Numbered from the stretch's first letter, positions 1 through 11,958 are shown. The stretch: DNA of 64,000 nt from Candidatus Bathyarchaeota archaeon (GCA_963833125.1 CAWHWX010000016.1:256001-320000); one strand, 5' to 3'. Notes: generated by a model from the letters alone, not told the origin. Made by a program: numbers and translations.

Positions 1-679
1 GGATCAAACCTACTGCATCGGTTCCGAGTTTGCACACGATTGACTGCACTGTCAGAGTGATCCGGTCAGCTGATATGGTGTCTCGGGGCAAATGGGCCTT
101 AAGGATCGCTGCTTCAACTTCCTCCTTATAGCAATCGAAGACTTCTATCCGATCCAATCCGGTTGTAATCCATCCAGACAGTCGTTCAATTTGTGAGTCT
201 GCTAACCAAGCATCAATCTTGTTATCGGTTTTTCCTGTGATTCGCACCGAAAGCCGTTCACCGGGAAAGAGGCAGTAGTCTTCGATTATTTCACGGGTTT
301 GTATGTTTTTGCCGTCAGCTAATTGAGCGATCAAGTGGCTAGCTGGAACGGAACAATTGACGTGGACGGGTTTCTCTAAACCGACGTCGAACTCCAGGCC
401 GTGGGCGCTTGACCCGGTGATTATTGAGTCGTAAACGCCGCGGACTTCAATCTCTTGGAGGTTTGGTTGAGCTAGACCGTGCTCCTTGGCAATGAGTTCT
501 GCTAGAATCTCGCTATCTTCTCCGACGATTCCGATGCGGGCCCATCCATTCGAAGTGAAGCCGGCTAGCGTGGCAGTGGCGTTTAGTTCTGTCTTCAGTT
601 CGTTGAGCGCTTTTTCTAGCCTTTGGCTGAAGTTTTTGGCAGTGATTTCAGTTGGCCTTTCCAGGATGGTTATCTTCAT
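1..679 (-). CDS. DUF2110-family conserved archaeal protein (partial, runs off window start)
   Basis: ATG at 679 reads MKITILERPTEITAKNFSQRLEKALNELKTELN...; lies directly downstream of tfe, the usual archaeal neighbour of this family; absent from ORF track because no stop in window. Confidence 0.6.
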   Translation of the reverse strand, partial: MKITILERPTEITAKNFSQRLEKALNELKTELNATATLAGFTSNGWARIGIVGEDSEILAELIAKEHGLAQPNLQEIEVRGVYDSIITGSSAHGLEFDVGLEKPVHVNCSVPASHLIAQLADGKNIQTREIIEDYCLFPGERLSVRITGKTDNKIDAWLADSQIERLSGWITTGLDRIEVFDCYKEEVEAAILKAHLPRDTISADRITLTVQSIVCKLGTDAVGLI

Positions 680-694
680 TCCGCTCGGCCTTTA

Positions 695-1201
695 TCAACG
701 GCTGAGTTCGGCCTCCAGTTTCTCGATTTTGGATTCGAGGATGGAAACCAATTCCGCATTCTCGGAGCTGTCGAGTTGGTTTCCGCACTTGCCGCACTTA
801 AACGAGCTTTCCATCGCTTCTTCGAATGTTACTCGTACCTCCACGTCGGTCTTGCATACGAAGAATGTGTGGTTCCTCTCAAAGTCAAGCCTTTGTTTCA
901 GCTTATCTAACGCACGTTTCTTGCGGCTACGAATGAACGCATCGAGTTGGTCGGGTTGGAGTCTCCAGTAGAAAATGAACCAGCCTGTCTTCTCGTCTCT
1001 GACTCTGGTGCAGGATACAAGGCCGTGGTCGTAGAGTTTGTAGAGCACCTTTCGGACAGTGTTCAGTCTTATGGCGCAATCATTGGCTATGGTTTCGTCG
1101 GTTCCTTCGCCGAGCTTCTTGAGGCTCTTAACAATGGTAACTGCTTCTTCTCCACCGAAGAGATTTGCAATTTTAATAAGTTCCTCGTCTAGCACTGACA
1201 A
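695..1201 (-). CDS. tfe: Transcription factor E (TFIIE alpha homolog)
   Basis: Winged-helix LNTVRKVLYKLYDHGLV, RDEKTGWFIFYW motif, Zn-ribbon FFVC...FEEAMESSFKCGKCG. Confidence 0.95.
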   Translation of the reverse strand: MSVLDEELIKIANLFGGEEAVTIVKSLKKLGEGTDETIANDCAIRLNTVRKVLYKLYDHGLVSCTRVRDEKTGWFIFYWRLQPDQLDAFIRSRKKRALDKLKQRLDFERNHTFFVCKTDVEVRVTFEEAMESSFKCGKCGNQLDSSENAELVSILESKIEKLEAELSR

Positions 1202-1340
1202 ATCTGTGGCCGCCGATTGTACTCTGTCTTCTAAGCCTTTTACTTCACATTAACTCTTTGTTGAGCGCGGGGAAAGCCCGATTCGGTAAGTAAGTCTTTT
1301 ATACGAACCAGTTTGGTTTAGCGTTCGCGGGCCGCAGAAA

Positions 1341-1529
1341 ATGAAAGAAACCGTCGGGACCCTAGGGTTTCTCTTATTCTTCTTGGGGGCGATGATGGAT
1401 ATAGCCGGCTCAACCTCTGTAACTGAAGGCGGAACGCCCGCAGCGACTTACTTCAGAGTCGGCATAATCGAACTTCTGGGAACCATAATCTTCTTTGTCG
1501 GAATGTACCTAATAGTCAAGACTCGATAG
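1341..1529 (+). CDS. Small two-TM membrane protein
   Basis: 62 aa ORF with two hydrophobic helices, co-oriented with trm56. Confidence 0.6.
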   Translation: MKETVGTLGFLLFFLGAMMDIAGSTSVTEGGTPAATYFRVGIIELLGTIIFFVGMYLIVKTR

Positions 1530-1566
1530 TCTGATTGCAAGGACGAAGGTAAAGGTCACCGAGACT

Positions 1567-2094
1567 ATGAGAGTCATGGTGCTCCGAATCGGGCATAGGA
1601 TTCCCAGGGACGAGCGCATAACTACCCATGTATGCCTAACAGCCCGTGCGCTTGGTGCCAATGGTGTTTACATTTCTGACGTGCAGGACAGAGAGCTCGT
1701 TGCGACTGTAGCGTGCGTTTCGCAAAGGTTCGGCGGAGACTTTCAGGTAGAGGCGGGAAGCCCATGGCGTTCAACCCTAATGGATTGGAAACGTGCTGGG
1801 GGTAAAGTAATCCATCTTACCGCCTATGGAATGCCATTACCTAAGGTCATTAATGCGATCAGGAGCGCACGTGGAGACAAATTAGTAGTCGTTGGGGCCG
1901 AAAAGGTACCAGGAGAGCTATACGGACTTGCCGATTGGAACGTGGCCGTAACTAATCAGCCCATCAGCGAAGTTAGCGCATTGGGCATTTTCCTCGATTG
2001 GCTTTTCAAACATAAACGTCTCGAGCACACGTTTCCCGAATACGAGATTAGAATAATCCCATCTGAACACGGGAAAAATGTCACCGAACACTAG
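1567..2094 (+). CDS. trm56: tRNA (cytidine(56)-2'-O)-methyltransferase
   Basis: LRIGHR..RDERITTHVCLTARALGA, VVGAEKVP, D.NVAVTNQP.SEV motifs of aTrm56. Confidence 0.95.
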   Translation: MRVMVLRIGHRIPRDERITTHVCLTARALGANGVYISDVQDRELVATVACVSQRFGGDFQVEAGSPWRSTLMDWKRAGGKVIHLTAYGMPLPKVINAIRSARGDKLVVVGAEKVPGELYGLADWNVAVTNQPISEVSALGIFLDWLFKHKRLEHTFPEYEIRIIPSEHGKNVTEH

Positions 2095-2594
2095 TTAGTA
2101 GCGTCTGGCTCAATGTGGCCCCTTATTTTGACGATGTCCCCGAGCGTAACCTCGCCTAGAGGGGTCGTCTTTGGCGGAGGGGTTTCTTTCCGGGGGACTA
2201 ACAGCTTGATTTTCAGTTCATGCTGAAGTACTCTGCAGAGCTGAGTATCGGGGGCGATCTTGCCGTTTTCAATTTTCTGAATAACAGACAGTTTTTGCTT
2301 CACCCGGTTCGCTAGATCCTCCTGAGTCATCTCTAACTTCATACGTCGCTTCCGTATGATCGCCGCGAAGTTCTCGTCAATATCTAACTCCTGCATCTCC
2401 CTCGGTAACTCGGATACCCTTCTTACCTGGGGAGGCATCCGAATAATACCGGGCTGCGGCTGTCGGAGGACGGGGTCTTCTTGGTAGGGTGTGCCGAGGC
2501 GCTGGCAGTTTCGGCATGCGAGCATTTTCGCACCCTCAACCTTAACCTTGAAGGCCGGACCCACGATTTCCCTGCCACAAATGTCGCAATTCAA
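2091..2594 (-). CDS. mbf1: Multiprotein bridging factor aMBF1 (Zn-ribbon + HTH)
   Basis: CDICG...EGAKMLAC..C N-terminus, Cro-like HTH TQEDLA, C-terminal TLGD motif. Confidence 0.93.
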   Translation of the reverse strand: MNCDICGREIVGPAFKVKVEGAKMLACRNCQRLGTPYQEDPVLRQPQPGIIRMPPQVRRVSELPREMQELDIDENFAAIIRKRRMKLEMTQEDLANRVKQKLSVIQKIENGKIAPDTQLCRVLQHELKIKLLVPRKETPPPKTTPLGEVTLGDIVKIRGHIEPDATN

Positions 2595-2671
2595 GCCCGG
2601 TCTGCCTCCATGGGTTGTGCTCGTCTAGAAGCTTAAATTGGTTTCTTGGCTGTTGCAAGTCTCGAAGTCCT

Positions 2672-3175
2672 GTGGCAAGCGCTTCGAAGATGCAACTGCG
2701 CAAGCTGATCGGCGTGGGAAACTATCAGTTCGGTCAGGGGATAGGTTCGATTCTATTCAATAAGAAAGTGCAAATCGAGTGTTCAAGAAAGACTGGACGA
2801 GTTCGACACATCTTCCGTCAGAGTGGGTTAATTGCAACCCTTAGGCCGAAAGACGGTTATCTAGCTCTTACGCCAAACGCAGCCACCCTCATCATATCTA
2901 AGGTCAAGAATCCCCCAAACCTGGTTGTTGTACAGACCGACGTATCAGACGCTATCAAGGCGGGTGGTGATGTCTTCGCGAGGCACGTTGTCCGTGCTGA
3001 CCAAAATTTGAAACCGGGAGAGGAGGTAATCGTAATCGACGAAGACGACTCACTGCTGGGTGTCGGAGCCGCGGTTCTGAGCGGCCGAGAGATGTGCGCA
3101 TTCAAGAGGGGTGTGGCTGTTAAGTTACGGAAGGGCCTAAACGAAGCCGAACACGCCGACCGCGAAGCTTCATGA
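2672..3175 (+). CDS. PUA-domain RNA-binding protein (archaeosine TGT C-terminal-like)
   Basis: YQFG, SRKTGRVRH, ATLRPKDG, DVFARHV..D..L.PGEEV, G.AVKLRKG; start uncertain (2615/2672). Confidence 0.85.
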   Translation: MASASKMQLRKLIGVGNYQFGQGIGSILFNKKVQIECSRKTGRVRHIFRQSGLIATLRPKDGYLALTPNAATLIISKVKNPPNLVVVQTDVSDAIKAGGDVFARHVVRADQNLKPGEEVIVIDEDDSLLGVGAAVLSGREMCAFKRGVAVKLRKGLNEAEHADREAS

Positions 3176-5723
3176 ATGTTATCAACGCGATAACCACAAC
3201 CAAGATCACGATGCCTTCGACTAGAATAGTCAGGGGGGCAAAGCTCCCACTCTCGCTCCAAGTCGCAGATATTACCTTACTTGAATCCATATTCACCATT
3301 ACTGTCGGAGAACTCGAGACAATGGCGCCGATCCAACCTTGAAATTGATGGCCGTCCACACTGGTTGGAGTAACACTGGCAGTTGCCGTGGAATTAGCGT
3401 CATACCAGCCCGTTCCGGCGGCGTAACCATATTGCGAATTCGCCTGAAGGTAATACTGTTCTTGGTAGGTATAGTTTCGCGTTCCACCCGATGAGAATGT
3501 CCAAGGTGGCCCGAACAGCACGAATCGCGTGCCAGGCTCAACGTCAATAATTGGTGTTAGTTCAATTGTGTGGTTGGCACCACGAGCAAACTCCAGGGTT
3601 ACCATAGTGGTCTGATTGAGCTGAATTCTCTGAACAATCGCCCCGTCGAGAGTTAAATCCGCACCCAGGGATTGGTCGACCGCGGCGACTTCAATCCTGA
3701 TCGAGTATAGTTTAGGCGCATCGAGTGTTGAAGTGAATGCGTTAACTTTTCCCCAACCCCAAAGCGGTGAACCCACTGACCGGTTAATGGTGCCTGTGAA
3801 GTTATCCTGTCTGGCATCTGCCTTTAGTATGGTAGTGATTTCGTTGGGGCTTAGGTATGGGTTCATCTGGAGCATCAATGCTATCGTTCCAGCAACGTGA
3901 GGGGCTGCAAGGCTTGTTCCGACCCACACTTGATGGAAGTTATCTGGGTCAGAATGCCGTTCAGGAGCAGTCGAGGCTCGGGCGGCTGCGATGTTCGCTC
4001 CTGGAGCATCCAAATCAGGCTTCATCCTGCCATCTCGAGTCGGACCAGCGCCGCTGAAGTACAGTAACTGGCCGACACCTGGTCCTCCAACTAGGATCGT
4101 TCTGACAATGTTGCTAGATGTATTGGTGTATAGTAATTGGGCTTCTCCCGGCGCATAACTTGGAGTCCACCAATACCCCTTGTAACCATTCTGCATCGCC
4201 CACTGAACACAAGTAGTACATTGAGCCCACCAACTGTACTTCGACATGTAGGCGCCTACAGTTATGACGCCCCTCGCTGTTCCAGGCGCATCAATAGTAT
4301 CTGACCGATCAATCGAATACACCTGCAAATCGGTCTCGTTGCTTCCCAAGAATTTTCCCGGCTCCGTCCACGCATCCCACTTTCCTTGCGCGCCAGATTG
4401 TGACGTTAGGACGAAGGACCAGGGCCCAGTAGTTTGAGGTGCAGTGCCGCCTTCCGTTACGTTGATCCACCACTCTCGGCCGCTCGGTCGCATGTCGGCG
4501 AGATGATCACTGTGCCATCGGGGGTTTGCGTGCCAAAATCAGAAGTGGGACCGTTACCGTATTCGCCCGAGGGCGTTACTACTGAAAGTGCGACTGAAGT
4601 TGGAAGTGGGTACCACAAATCGATTTGATTAGTATTCGGACCAGAAAAGGACCATGCTGCTATCTGCCATAGACCAAGGTACATGAACTGTTTCACCGGG
4701 AGACAGAATTCCGCTCACGTGCAAATTTGAGCCGCCATCGTTACCAGCGGCTACTACAATCGGAACCCCTTCGGAGACGAAATCGGTGAACGCCAACTCG
4801 AGGGGCTCTGTGCCATCATGCGACCCGAGCGCAGTCTCCTAGGCTGTGAACAATGACGAGTGGCCTGTTTAGTTGTCGAGCTTTCATTATCATATACTGC
4901 ATCGCATCAATCACGTAGTTCTCGGAACCGTCAACTAACTTTACTGCCACTATGGATGCGCCCGGTGCCACTCCATAGTATTTCTGGGAAGCTTGCCCGC
5001 TACTTGCGGCAACCGCTGCCACTGCAGTGCCATGCCCCGTAGTTAGTGAACATCCGCCGTCATCAAATTCCGTGCAGGTTTTCGATTGGATATCACTCGG
5101 CGCGCACTCATTCCCATAACTGTATCCGTTCGGTGGTTTTCCGACTGTCGTCTGATCCCAAATGTACAGGATCTTATTTGTTCCATTGGGGAAGTAGAAG
5201 TCACCGTGCAAATAATCGATACCGCTGTCAGCTACGCCAATTATCACTCCAGATCCGTCAACTACCTTTCCGCTTGAATCACGAACGCCTGGGTACTTTG
5301 CGGTGTTCCAAACTTGATCTGCAAGGATTTCAGGGACGCTAACATCAAGCTCCGATTTCATTATTCTAGGGGTTGCAATTTGAGATACGAAGGGTAAGCT
5401 CGCCAATTCAGGAAGTATGATTTGACGGCAAGCTCACCGTAGCGACGTGACCAGTAAAAGTCTCAACTTTGCCTAGCGAGTCAAGCGCAGCCAAGTCGTT
5501 GGAAGATGGGATGGAAGAGAAGACCACCAAAACGTTGACAGACACCACGCCTATAGGGTTTGCTTTGCAAGAAGACCCGGAGTGGAGGGTTTGCTTTTCC
5601 TTCCAACGTGATCTTGTTATCGAAAAAGTAGGGGGCGCCGACTGACTGAGCGAAAACCGAGAATATCACGATTGTCAATATGAGGCTCAAAAGGAGTTTA
5701 CGCGTATTCGGCAAAGAGCCCAA
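3120..5723 (-). CDS. Membrane-anchored S8 subtilisin-like serine protease (several frameshifts)
   Basis: ORF pieces 5481-5723 (signal peptide), 4816-5406 (DSGID, GHGT), 4457-4696, 3120-4493 (GPTRDGRMKPD, GTSLAAPHVAG, C-terminal TM) join into one gene. Confidence 0.85.
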
Positions 5724-6062
5724 ACAGCTTATGCCTTCCCAAAGTAAGCGTTAAGCGTCCTGGTAAACCTCAGGATTTCATCGCGCTACCGCTCAACGTG
5801 TATATAAATTTCCCCACAAGTCTTGACGGGCCTGTTTTGTCAGAACTCAAAATCTACGCCCAATATCTAGTTTGGACGGCAAGGATTTGACCCACCCTTT
5901 CAATCGCGAGCCCCTCCGCGGTATAGTGAACAGTTACCTAGAGACGATGTGGGGCAACAATCCTTCTAGGTATGAATGCACCCGTTGACCAAGTTTTCTA
6001 CTGGGGACGCATTCATAATCAAAGACCCAAATGCTTCGGAATATTCATAACAACTCATTGTA

Positions 6063-7623
6063 TTGAAAATGGAGAGATATGATTTGGCACTGGTGATAAC
6101 AGGTTCAGGATTAACCATTGAAGGTCTTGTCGGCGTTGCTCGCCGCAGCGAAAGAGTGGAGCTGCACCTCGATTCAGCTAAGAAGATCAATTCATGCCGT
6201 GCTATGCTTGAGAAGAAAATTGCAGCGCATGAGATCATGTACGGTATCAATACGGGTATAGGGGAATTTTCCGAGATAGTGCTAAACGATGATCAGGTGA
6301 AGGAATTTCAAAGATACTTGATCTACAACCACGCCGCAGGCATAGGCGACCCTATGCCTATCGACTGGGTACGCGGCGCCATGCTGGGACGCATCAACGT
6401 GCACGCCCACGGCAACTCAGGTTGCCGCCTAGCAGTCACCCAAACCCTAGTGGACATGTTGAACAAGGACGTTACGCCCTATGTGTGTACCAAAGGCTCA
6501 GTGGGCGCTTCCGGTGATTTAGCCCCCATGGCCCAGATCGCCCTACTCATGATGGGTGAAGGCCACGCCTACTACAAGGGAGAACTCCTGGAAGGCCACG
6601 AAGCAATGAGGCGTGCAAGTATTCCTATACCCGGGCTTGAGGCGCGTGATGGTCTGGCGGTGATTAATGGTTCCAACGTACTGACCGCCATGTCGGCCTT
6701 GATGGTGTATGACGCGAACAATTGGCTGAAACAGGCTGAAATTGCTTGCGCCATGTCGTTGGAGGCGCTGAAAGCCAACCTCAAACCGTACCATGCCTCA
6801 ATTCTTGAGGCACGCGGATTTCCCGGGTGGCGTCCGCAGTGCAAAATCAATCCGTAAGATAACGGCGGGCGGCGACTTGGATGAGGGCCATCTGAAAGTG
6901 AAGGTGCAGGATGCTTATTCGATGCGTTCTACACCGCAGGTGATTGGGGCAGCACACGACGCCCTCGCCTTCGCCCGAACACAGGTGGAGACGGAATTGA
7001 ATGGTGTGGGGGATAATCCCATCTTCTTCCCAGATGAAAACCTGGTTCTATCAGGCGCTAATTTCCAAGGCACGCCCGTCTCTTTGCCTATGGACATGGT
7101 GGGGGTAGCGGTGACGATGGTATGCGTGCTCTCTGAACGGCGAATGAACCGCCTCAACAACCCCGCACTTAGCGTTGGGCTTCCACCGTTCCTGAGTAAG
7201 GGTGCCGGTATGTTCTCGGGGTTAATGCTCAGTCAATATACGGCAGATATGGAGATTGCGGAACAGCGAATCCTCAGTATGCCTGCTTCTATACAATCAA
7301 TCCCAGCTGCCGCTGACCAGGAGGATTTTGTTTCGATGGGCATGAACACAGCCCTGAAGAATTTCCAGATACTCGACAACGCTTACGGTATCTTAGGGAT
7401 TGAGTTCATGGCTGCAGCTCAAGCCCTTGACTTGCGAAGAAAATACGAAACCCCATATGAGTTCGGGAAAGGTACGCAGGTTGCTCATAAAGTGATCCGT
7501 AAACACGTCGAGTATCTCGATGCCGACCGCCCCCTCTACCCAGACCACAACAAAATGAAGGAACTCGTGAAATCATGCGAGATCCTTACGGAAGTAGAGA
7601 AAGCTATAGGTTCCCTAGAATGA
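6063..7623 (+). CDS. hutH: MIO-dependent aromatic amino acid (histidine-type) ammonia-lyase, one frameshift near 6820
   Basis: YGINTG, GSVGASGDLAP (MIO Ala-Ser-Gly), QDAYSMR, NF.G.P, QEDFVSM; removing one base in TTTCCCGGG restores GFPGGVRSA. Confidence 0.85.
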
Positions 7624-7701
7624 AACGTTCTTTGCACTTCGATGGTGAGATCACGATAATCTTATTGTTCATGACGAGGCATCTTTAGTGGTTGAAGACT
7701 A

Positions 7702-8091
7702 TTGGCATACAAGGCTTTGAAGGCGGCTCGAGGGAAACCGGGTGGGCGGGACGCAGCACGAATGATGCAGAAGATGGGCATGAAGGTTGACGAAATCGCT
7801 AACGTTACTCAAGTCATCATAAAGACAGAATCAAAAGACATTGTAATCGAAGGACCCAGCGTAACCTTGGTGACCGTCCAGGGACAGGCGATGTATCAAA
7901 TCGCCGGAGGGCAAGTATCGGAAGCCACAGCTCAGGCAATCCCAGTCTCCACAGGAGAAGAGGACGCTCAGTTAGTTGCTCAGCAGACTGGCAGATCGCT
8001 TGATGATGCTAAGAAAGCGCTTTTAGAGGCTGGGGGGGACCTTGCAAAAGCCATTTTGATCCTTAAGGATCGGCCTAGCGCTCAAGCTTGA
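7702..8091 (+). CDS. nac: Nascent polypeptide-associated complex protein
   Basis: RMMQKMGM, YQI.G, C-terminal UBA-like D..LVAQQTG....A..AL....GDLA.AI. Confidence 0.92.
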   Translation: MAYKALKAARGKPGGRDAARMMQKMGMKVDEIANVTQVIIKTESKDIVIEGPSVTLVTVQGQAMYQIAGGQVSEATAQAIPVSTGEEDAQLVAQQTGRSLDDAKKALLEAGGDLAKAILILKDRPSAQA

Positions 8092-8756
8092 ATTTGCTGG
8101 TCGAGTAAGTCTAAGTCGACAGGTTTGTCCTTTGCCATTCTGCCTTTGATTCGCTTTAGTCTGAAGAAGTCCTCGCGTTCGGCTTCTTCTAGATGCTGTT
8201 CGATGTAACGAATCGTGGCAAGCATTCGGGGAATAATCACGTATTCGAGGGAGTTGACTCGTCGTTTCGTAGCCGCTATCGCTTCAGCGAGTTTCTTAAC
8301 TGCAGCCTCAGCGCTGGAAAGTTCTGCGATTGCTTTTATCGCTTCAGCCATCTTAACGGTTGCCTCGTCAAGTTTGATTGAAGTATCGTAAGGGTTGTAT
8401 GGGAAGGCTGATAGTGGTTTCAATTTGACCTGGATGTATGGGATCGTAACGCCGATCACGTTTCTGGTCTTGGTTTCTATTGAGAACCTGTCTTCAACGC
8501 CTATCGAAGTCTGTTCGAGTTTCATGGATCCCATCGCCATTTGGGCCTCGACGAACTCTTCGTAAGCTTCAGTTAGCAATTGCTGTGCTTTCTGTCTCAG
8601 GGTGGCGATTTCTCGGACGAATTGAAAGAATTCTATCATGAGGGCATCAAGTTTTTCTCTCAAGAGGTCGCGGCCTCTTTCCGCGATTTTTCGTCTTTTT
8701 CTTAGGGTGAGTAATTCCATTCGGGTTGGGTGGACGCCCGTGATCAGTTCGGGCAT
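8082..8756 (-). CDS. atpD: A/V-type ATP synthase subunit D
   Basis: PTRMELL.L..R...A.RG..LL.EK.DAL; TKRRVNSLEYVIIP; EREDFFRLKRIK. Confidence 0.97.
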   Translation of the reverse strand: MPELITGVHPTRMELLTLRKRRKIAERGRDLLREKLDALMIEFFQFVREIATLRQKAQQLLTEAYEEFVEAQMAMGSMKLEQTSIGVEDRFSIETKTRNVIGVTIPYIQVKLKPLSAFPYNPYDTSIKLDEATVKMAEAIKAIAELSSAEAAVKKLAEAIAATKRRVNSLEYVIIPRMLATIRYIEQHLEEAEREDFFRLKRIKGRMAKDKPVDLDLLDQQIQA

Positions 8757-10157
8757 CTAATTTCCCGACCCAGTCTTGTACTTGGGGTGGAACTGTTTTA
8801 TTGTGGCCGGATCGATTCGTTTAAGCTCGCTCTCCGGAAGTGCTGCCAATAAGTCCCAGCCAAGGTCGAGGGTCTTCTCGATGTCTCGGTTCTCATATTC
8901 GCTTTGGCCTATGAAGCGTCTTTCAAAGTCGTCTGCGAACTTCAAATATATCTTATCTCGGGCGGACAATGCCTCCTCCCCGACCACGGCTACGAGGTCC
9001 CTAAATGCGCGTCCTTCGGCGTAGGCGTAGTAGAGTTGATCGGAAACTTCTCTGTGGTCTTGTCGAGTTCTCTCTTTACCGATGCCTTCTCGCATTAGCC
9101 TGGACAATGATGGGGATACGTCGATCGGTGGGTAGATGCCTTTTCTATGTAATCCTCTATCGACGATTAATTGTCCTTCCGTGATGTAGCCGGTTAGGTT
9201 TGGAATTGGATGCGTTATGTCGTCGTGCGGCATTGTTAGAATTGGCATCTGGGTGATAGATCCCTTTGCCTCCCTAATTCTGCCTGCTCGCTCGTAGATG
9301 CTCGAGAGGTCAGTATACAAATAACCCGGGTACCCTCTGCGACCTGGTACCTCCTCCCTGGCAGCTGAGATTTCACGTAGAGCCTCGGCATAGTTGGTCA
9401 TGTCCGTTAGGATTACGAGAACGTGCATATCCAATTTGAACGCGAAATATTCGGCGGCAGTTAACGCCATGCGGGGGGTGAGGATTCTCTCAATGGCTGG
9501 ATCATCAGCCAGGTTGATGAACATGGTAACGTGCTCGAACGCTCCTTGTTTTTCGAAATCTTCTCTGAAGAAGCGTGCCTCATCCGCGGTGATCCCTATG
9601 GCCGCAAAGACGGTTGAGAATGGCTCGCCAGTTCCTCGTACTCGTGCTTGTCGTGCGACTTGCGCGGCGACTCTGTTGTGTGGAAGGCCTGCGCCGGAGA
9701 ATAGAGGTAGTTTCTGGCCTCTAACGAGAGTGTTCATTCCGTCGATGGCCGAGATTCCAGTCTGTATGAATTCTCTTGGATACGTCCTAGCGTAGGGGTT
9801 GATTGGTGCGCCGTGGACATCCGCGTAATCCTCGGGTATGATGCGCGGTCCGCCGTCAATTGGGTTGCCGCTTCCGTCAAGAATGCGGCCCAACAAGTCG
9901 CCCGAGACTGGTAACTTTACTGTCTCTCCCATGAAGCGAACGTTAGTTGAGGCTATGTCAAGGCCTGAAGTTCCCTCGAATACCTGAACCACAGCCAAAT
10001 CGCTTCGAACCTCTAGAACCTGCCCTCGTCTCTCTTGCCCTGCTGGAGTGCGGATCCTTACTAGCTCGCCGAAACCGACGCCTTTTACGTCTCGTACGAA
10101 AAGGAGCGGGCCAGAAATTTCGTTGACAGTCGAGTATTCGCGAATTACGACGGACAT
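8757..10157 (-). CDS. atpB: A/V-type ATP synthase subunit B
   Basis: [44 protein letters not shown]. Confidence 0.98.
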   Translation of the reverse strand: MSVVIREYSTVNEISGPLLFVRDVKGVGFGELVRIRTPAGQERRGQVLEVRSDLAVVQVFEGTSGLDIASTNVRFMGETVKLPVSGDLLGRILDGSGNPIDGGPRIIPEDYADVHGAPINPYARTYPREFIQTGISAIDGMNTLVRGQKLPLFSGAGLPHNRVAAQVARQARVRGTGEPFSTVFAAIGITADEARFFREDFEKQGAFEHVTMFINLADDPAIERILTPRMALTAAEYFAFKLDMHVLVILTDMTNYAEALREISAAREEVPGRRGYPGYLYTDLSSIYERAGRIREAKGSITQMPILTMPHDDITHPIPNLTGYITEGQLIVDRGLHRKGIYPPIDVSPSLSRLMREGIGKERTRQDHREVSDQLYYAYAEGRAFRDLVAVVGEEALSARDKIYLKFADDFERRFIGQSEYENRDIEKTLDLGWDLLAALPESELKRIDPATIKQFHPKYKTGSGN

Positions 10158-10167
10158 AAGTTATGCC

Positions 10168-11958
10168 TCACTTAGCGGTTTCCACTATTTCCTTGGTCAA
10201 TGTTTGGAATTGTTCGTCCATTCCTGACGAGAGCCCTTTTGCGAATTCTTTGAACGTTTCGGAGGGCTGTATCTTGGCGCGTGCGATGTCGTTCTTTGCG
10301 GGAAGTTCGAGGGCTCGCTGTAATGGTACCCCTTTCTCTGTGGATTCCTTCATCTTCTCGTAGAACTTCATTATTAGCGACATGAGGAGGGCGGTTTTCT
10401 CTGGGGAGCAGTAGCTGTCCACTGGGTGGAGTGCGCTCTGTATGAGGAAGTCTTCTTTGATCATTCGTGCCGCTTCGAGGACTACTCTCTGAGACTCTGA
10501 TAGGGCATCTGGCCCAACTAGCATGACAATCTCGCGAAGTTCTTCGTCTCTCTGCAATAGCGCCATCCCTTCCTTTCTTAGCCTGGACCATTCGGGGCCG
10601 ATTTTGGTTTGGTACCAGTTCTCTAGTGACTCTAGGTAGAGGGAGTAACTAGTCAACCAGTCAATAGCGGGGAAGTGTCTGCGCTCGGCCAGTGGCTTGC
10701 TGAGTGCCCAGAATACTTTCACGATTCTAAGCGTGTTTTGTGTTACGGGCTCTGAGAAATCTCCACCTGATGGGGAGACTGCGCCCACAACCGAGACGGA
10801 ACCAAGCTTGTTCTCCTCGCGACCAATCACCTTCACTCTGCCAGCCCTTTCGTAGATTTCAGCCAACCGAGACGCCAAATAGGCTGGGTAGCCTTCCTCT
10901 CCAGGCATCTCCTCCAATCGTCCGGACACTTCGCGCAATGCTTCAGCCCACCTTGACGTTGAATCAGCCATCAGTGCCACATCATAACCCATATCCCGGA
11001 AATATTCAGCAAGTGTTACTCCTGTGTACATGCTCGCTTCCCGGGCGGCTATTGGCATGTTCGATGTATTTGCTACTAGGAGAGTGCGTTCCATCAAAGG
11101 CTGTCCCGAGCGAGGGTCTTTCAGCTCGGGGAAGGTTTCGAGAACCTCAGTCATTTCGTTTCCACGTTCACCGCAACCCACATACACTATTACATCAGCG
11201 TCCGCCCATTTCGCGAGTTGGTGTTGGGTTATGGTTTTTCCCGTGCCGAAATCGCCCGGAATTGCAGCCGTTCCGCCTTTCGCGATCGGGAAGAAGAAGT
11301 CGATGATGCGTTGTCCGGTGATTAGAGGTGTGTCGGACGGAACCTTTTCACGGTTGGGGCGCGGACTTCGAACAGGCCAGGTATGCATGAGAAAGAGCTT
11401 GTTCGTTGATTGGCCAGTTTCGACTTCAGCAATTGGATCTTCGAGAGTGTAACTGCCCTTTGAGACAATTGATTTCAGTGTGCCGGAGATGTTTGGAGGA
11501 ACCAACACGCGATGCTTTACCAGCACCGTCTCAGGGACCTCGCCGAGTACGTCCCCGCCGGTTACTTTGTCACCTTTGTTCAGTAGCGGGGTGAACTCCC
11601 ACTTCCTTTTACGATCAAGGGCAGGTGCTGTGACTCCTCTGTGGATGAATGCACCCTGTTCCTTCAATAGTACTGGGAGGGGCCTTTGTGTTCCGTCAAA
11701 AAATTGATTGATCAATCCCGGTCCGAGTTCGACTGACAGCGGGTGCCCTGTTCGTTCTACTGTTTCTCCGGGTTTGATTCCAGTTGTCTCCTCGTAAACC
11801 TGAATCGTGGCTCGGTCCGCTTGGACTCGAATTATTTCGCCAATTAAGCCCGAATTACCCACTTTGACGAGCTCGTACATGCGGGCTCCGAGCATACCTG
11901 ACGCGACGACAACTGGCCCAGCGACTCGATCAATTTTTCCTGGTTTGAACTCCGACAA
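10168..11958 (-). CDS. atpA: A/V-type ATP synthase subunit A (no intein)
   Basis: Walker [32 protein letters not shown]. Confidence 0.98.
   Translation of the reverse strand: MSEFKPGKIDRVAGPVVVASGMLGARMYELVKVGNSGLIGEIIRVQADRATIQVYEETTGIKPGETVERTGHPLSVELGPGLINQFFDGTQRPLPVLLKEQGAFIHRGVTAPALDRKRKWEFTPLLNKGDKVTGGDVLGEVPETVLVKHRVLVPPNISGTLKSIVSKGSYTLEDPIAEVETGQSTNKLFLMHTWPVRSPRPNREKVPSDTPLITGQRIIDFFFPIAKGGTAAIPGDFGTGKTITQHQLAKWADADVIVYVGCGERGNEMTEVLETFPELKDPRSGQPLMERTLLVANTSNMPIAAREASMYTGVTLAEYFRDMGYDVALMADSTSRWAEALREVSGRLEEMPGEEGYPAYLASRLAEIYERAGRVKVIGREENKLGSVSVVGAVSPSGGDFSEPVTQNTLRIVKVFWALSKPLAERRHFPAIDWLTSYSLYLESLENWYQTKIGPEWSRLRKEGMALLQRDEELREIVMLVGPDALSESQRVVLEAARMIKEDFLIQSALHPVDSYCSPEKTALLMSLIMKFYEKMKESTEKGVPLQRALELPAKNDIARAKIQPSETFKEFAKGLSSGMDEQFQTLTKEIVETAK

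Noticed and set aside
486-1253. Plus-strand ORFs overlapping tfe and the DUF2110 gene, and similar antisense ORFs throughout
   Set aside because: Shadow ORFs of well-supported genes with no recognisable motifs
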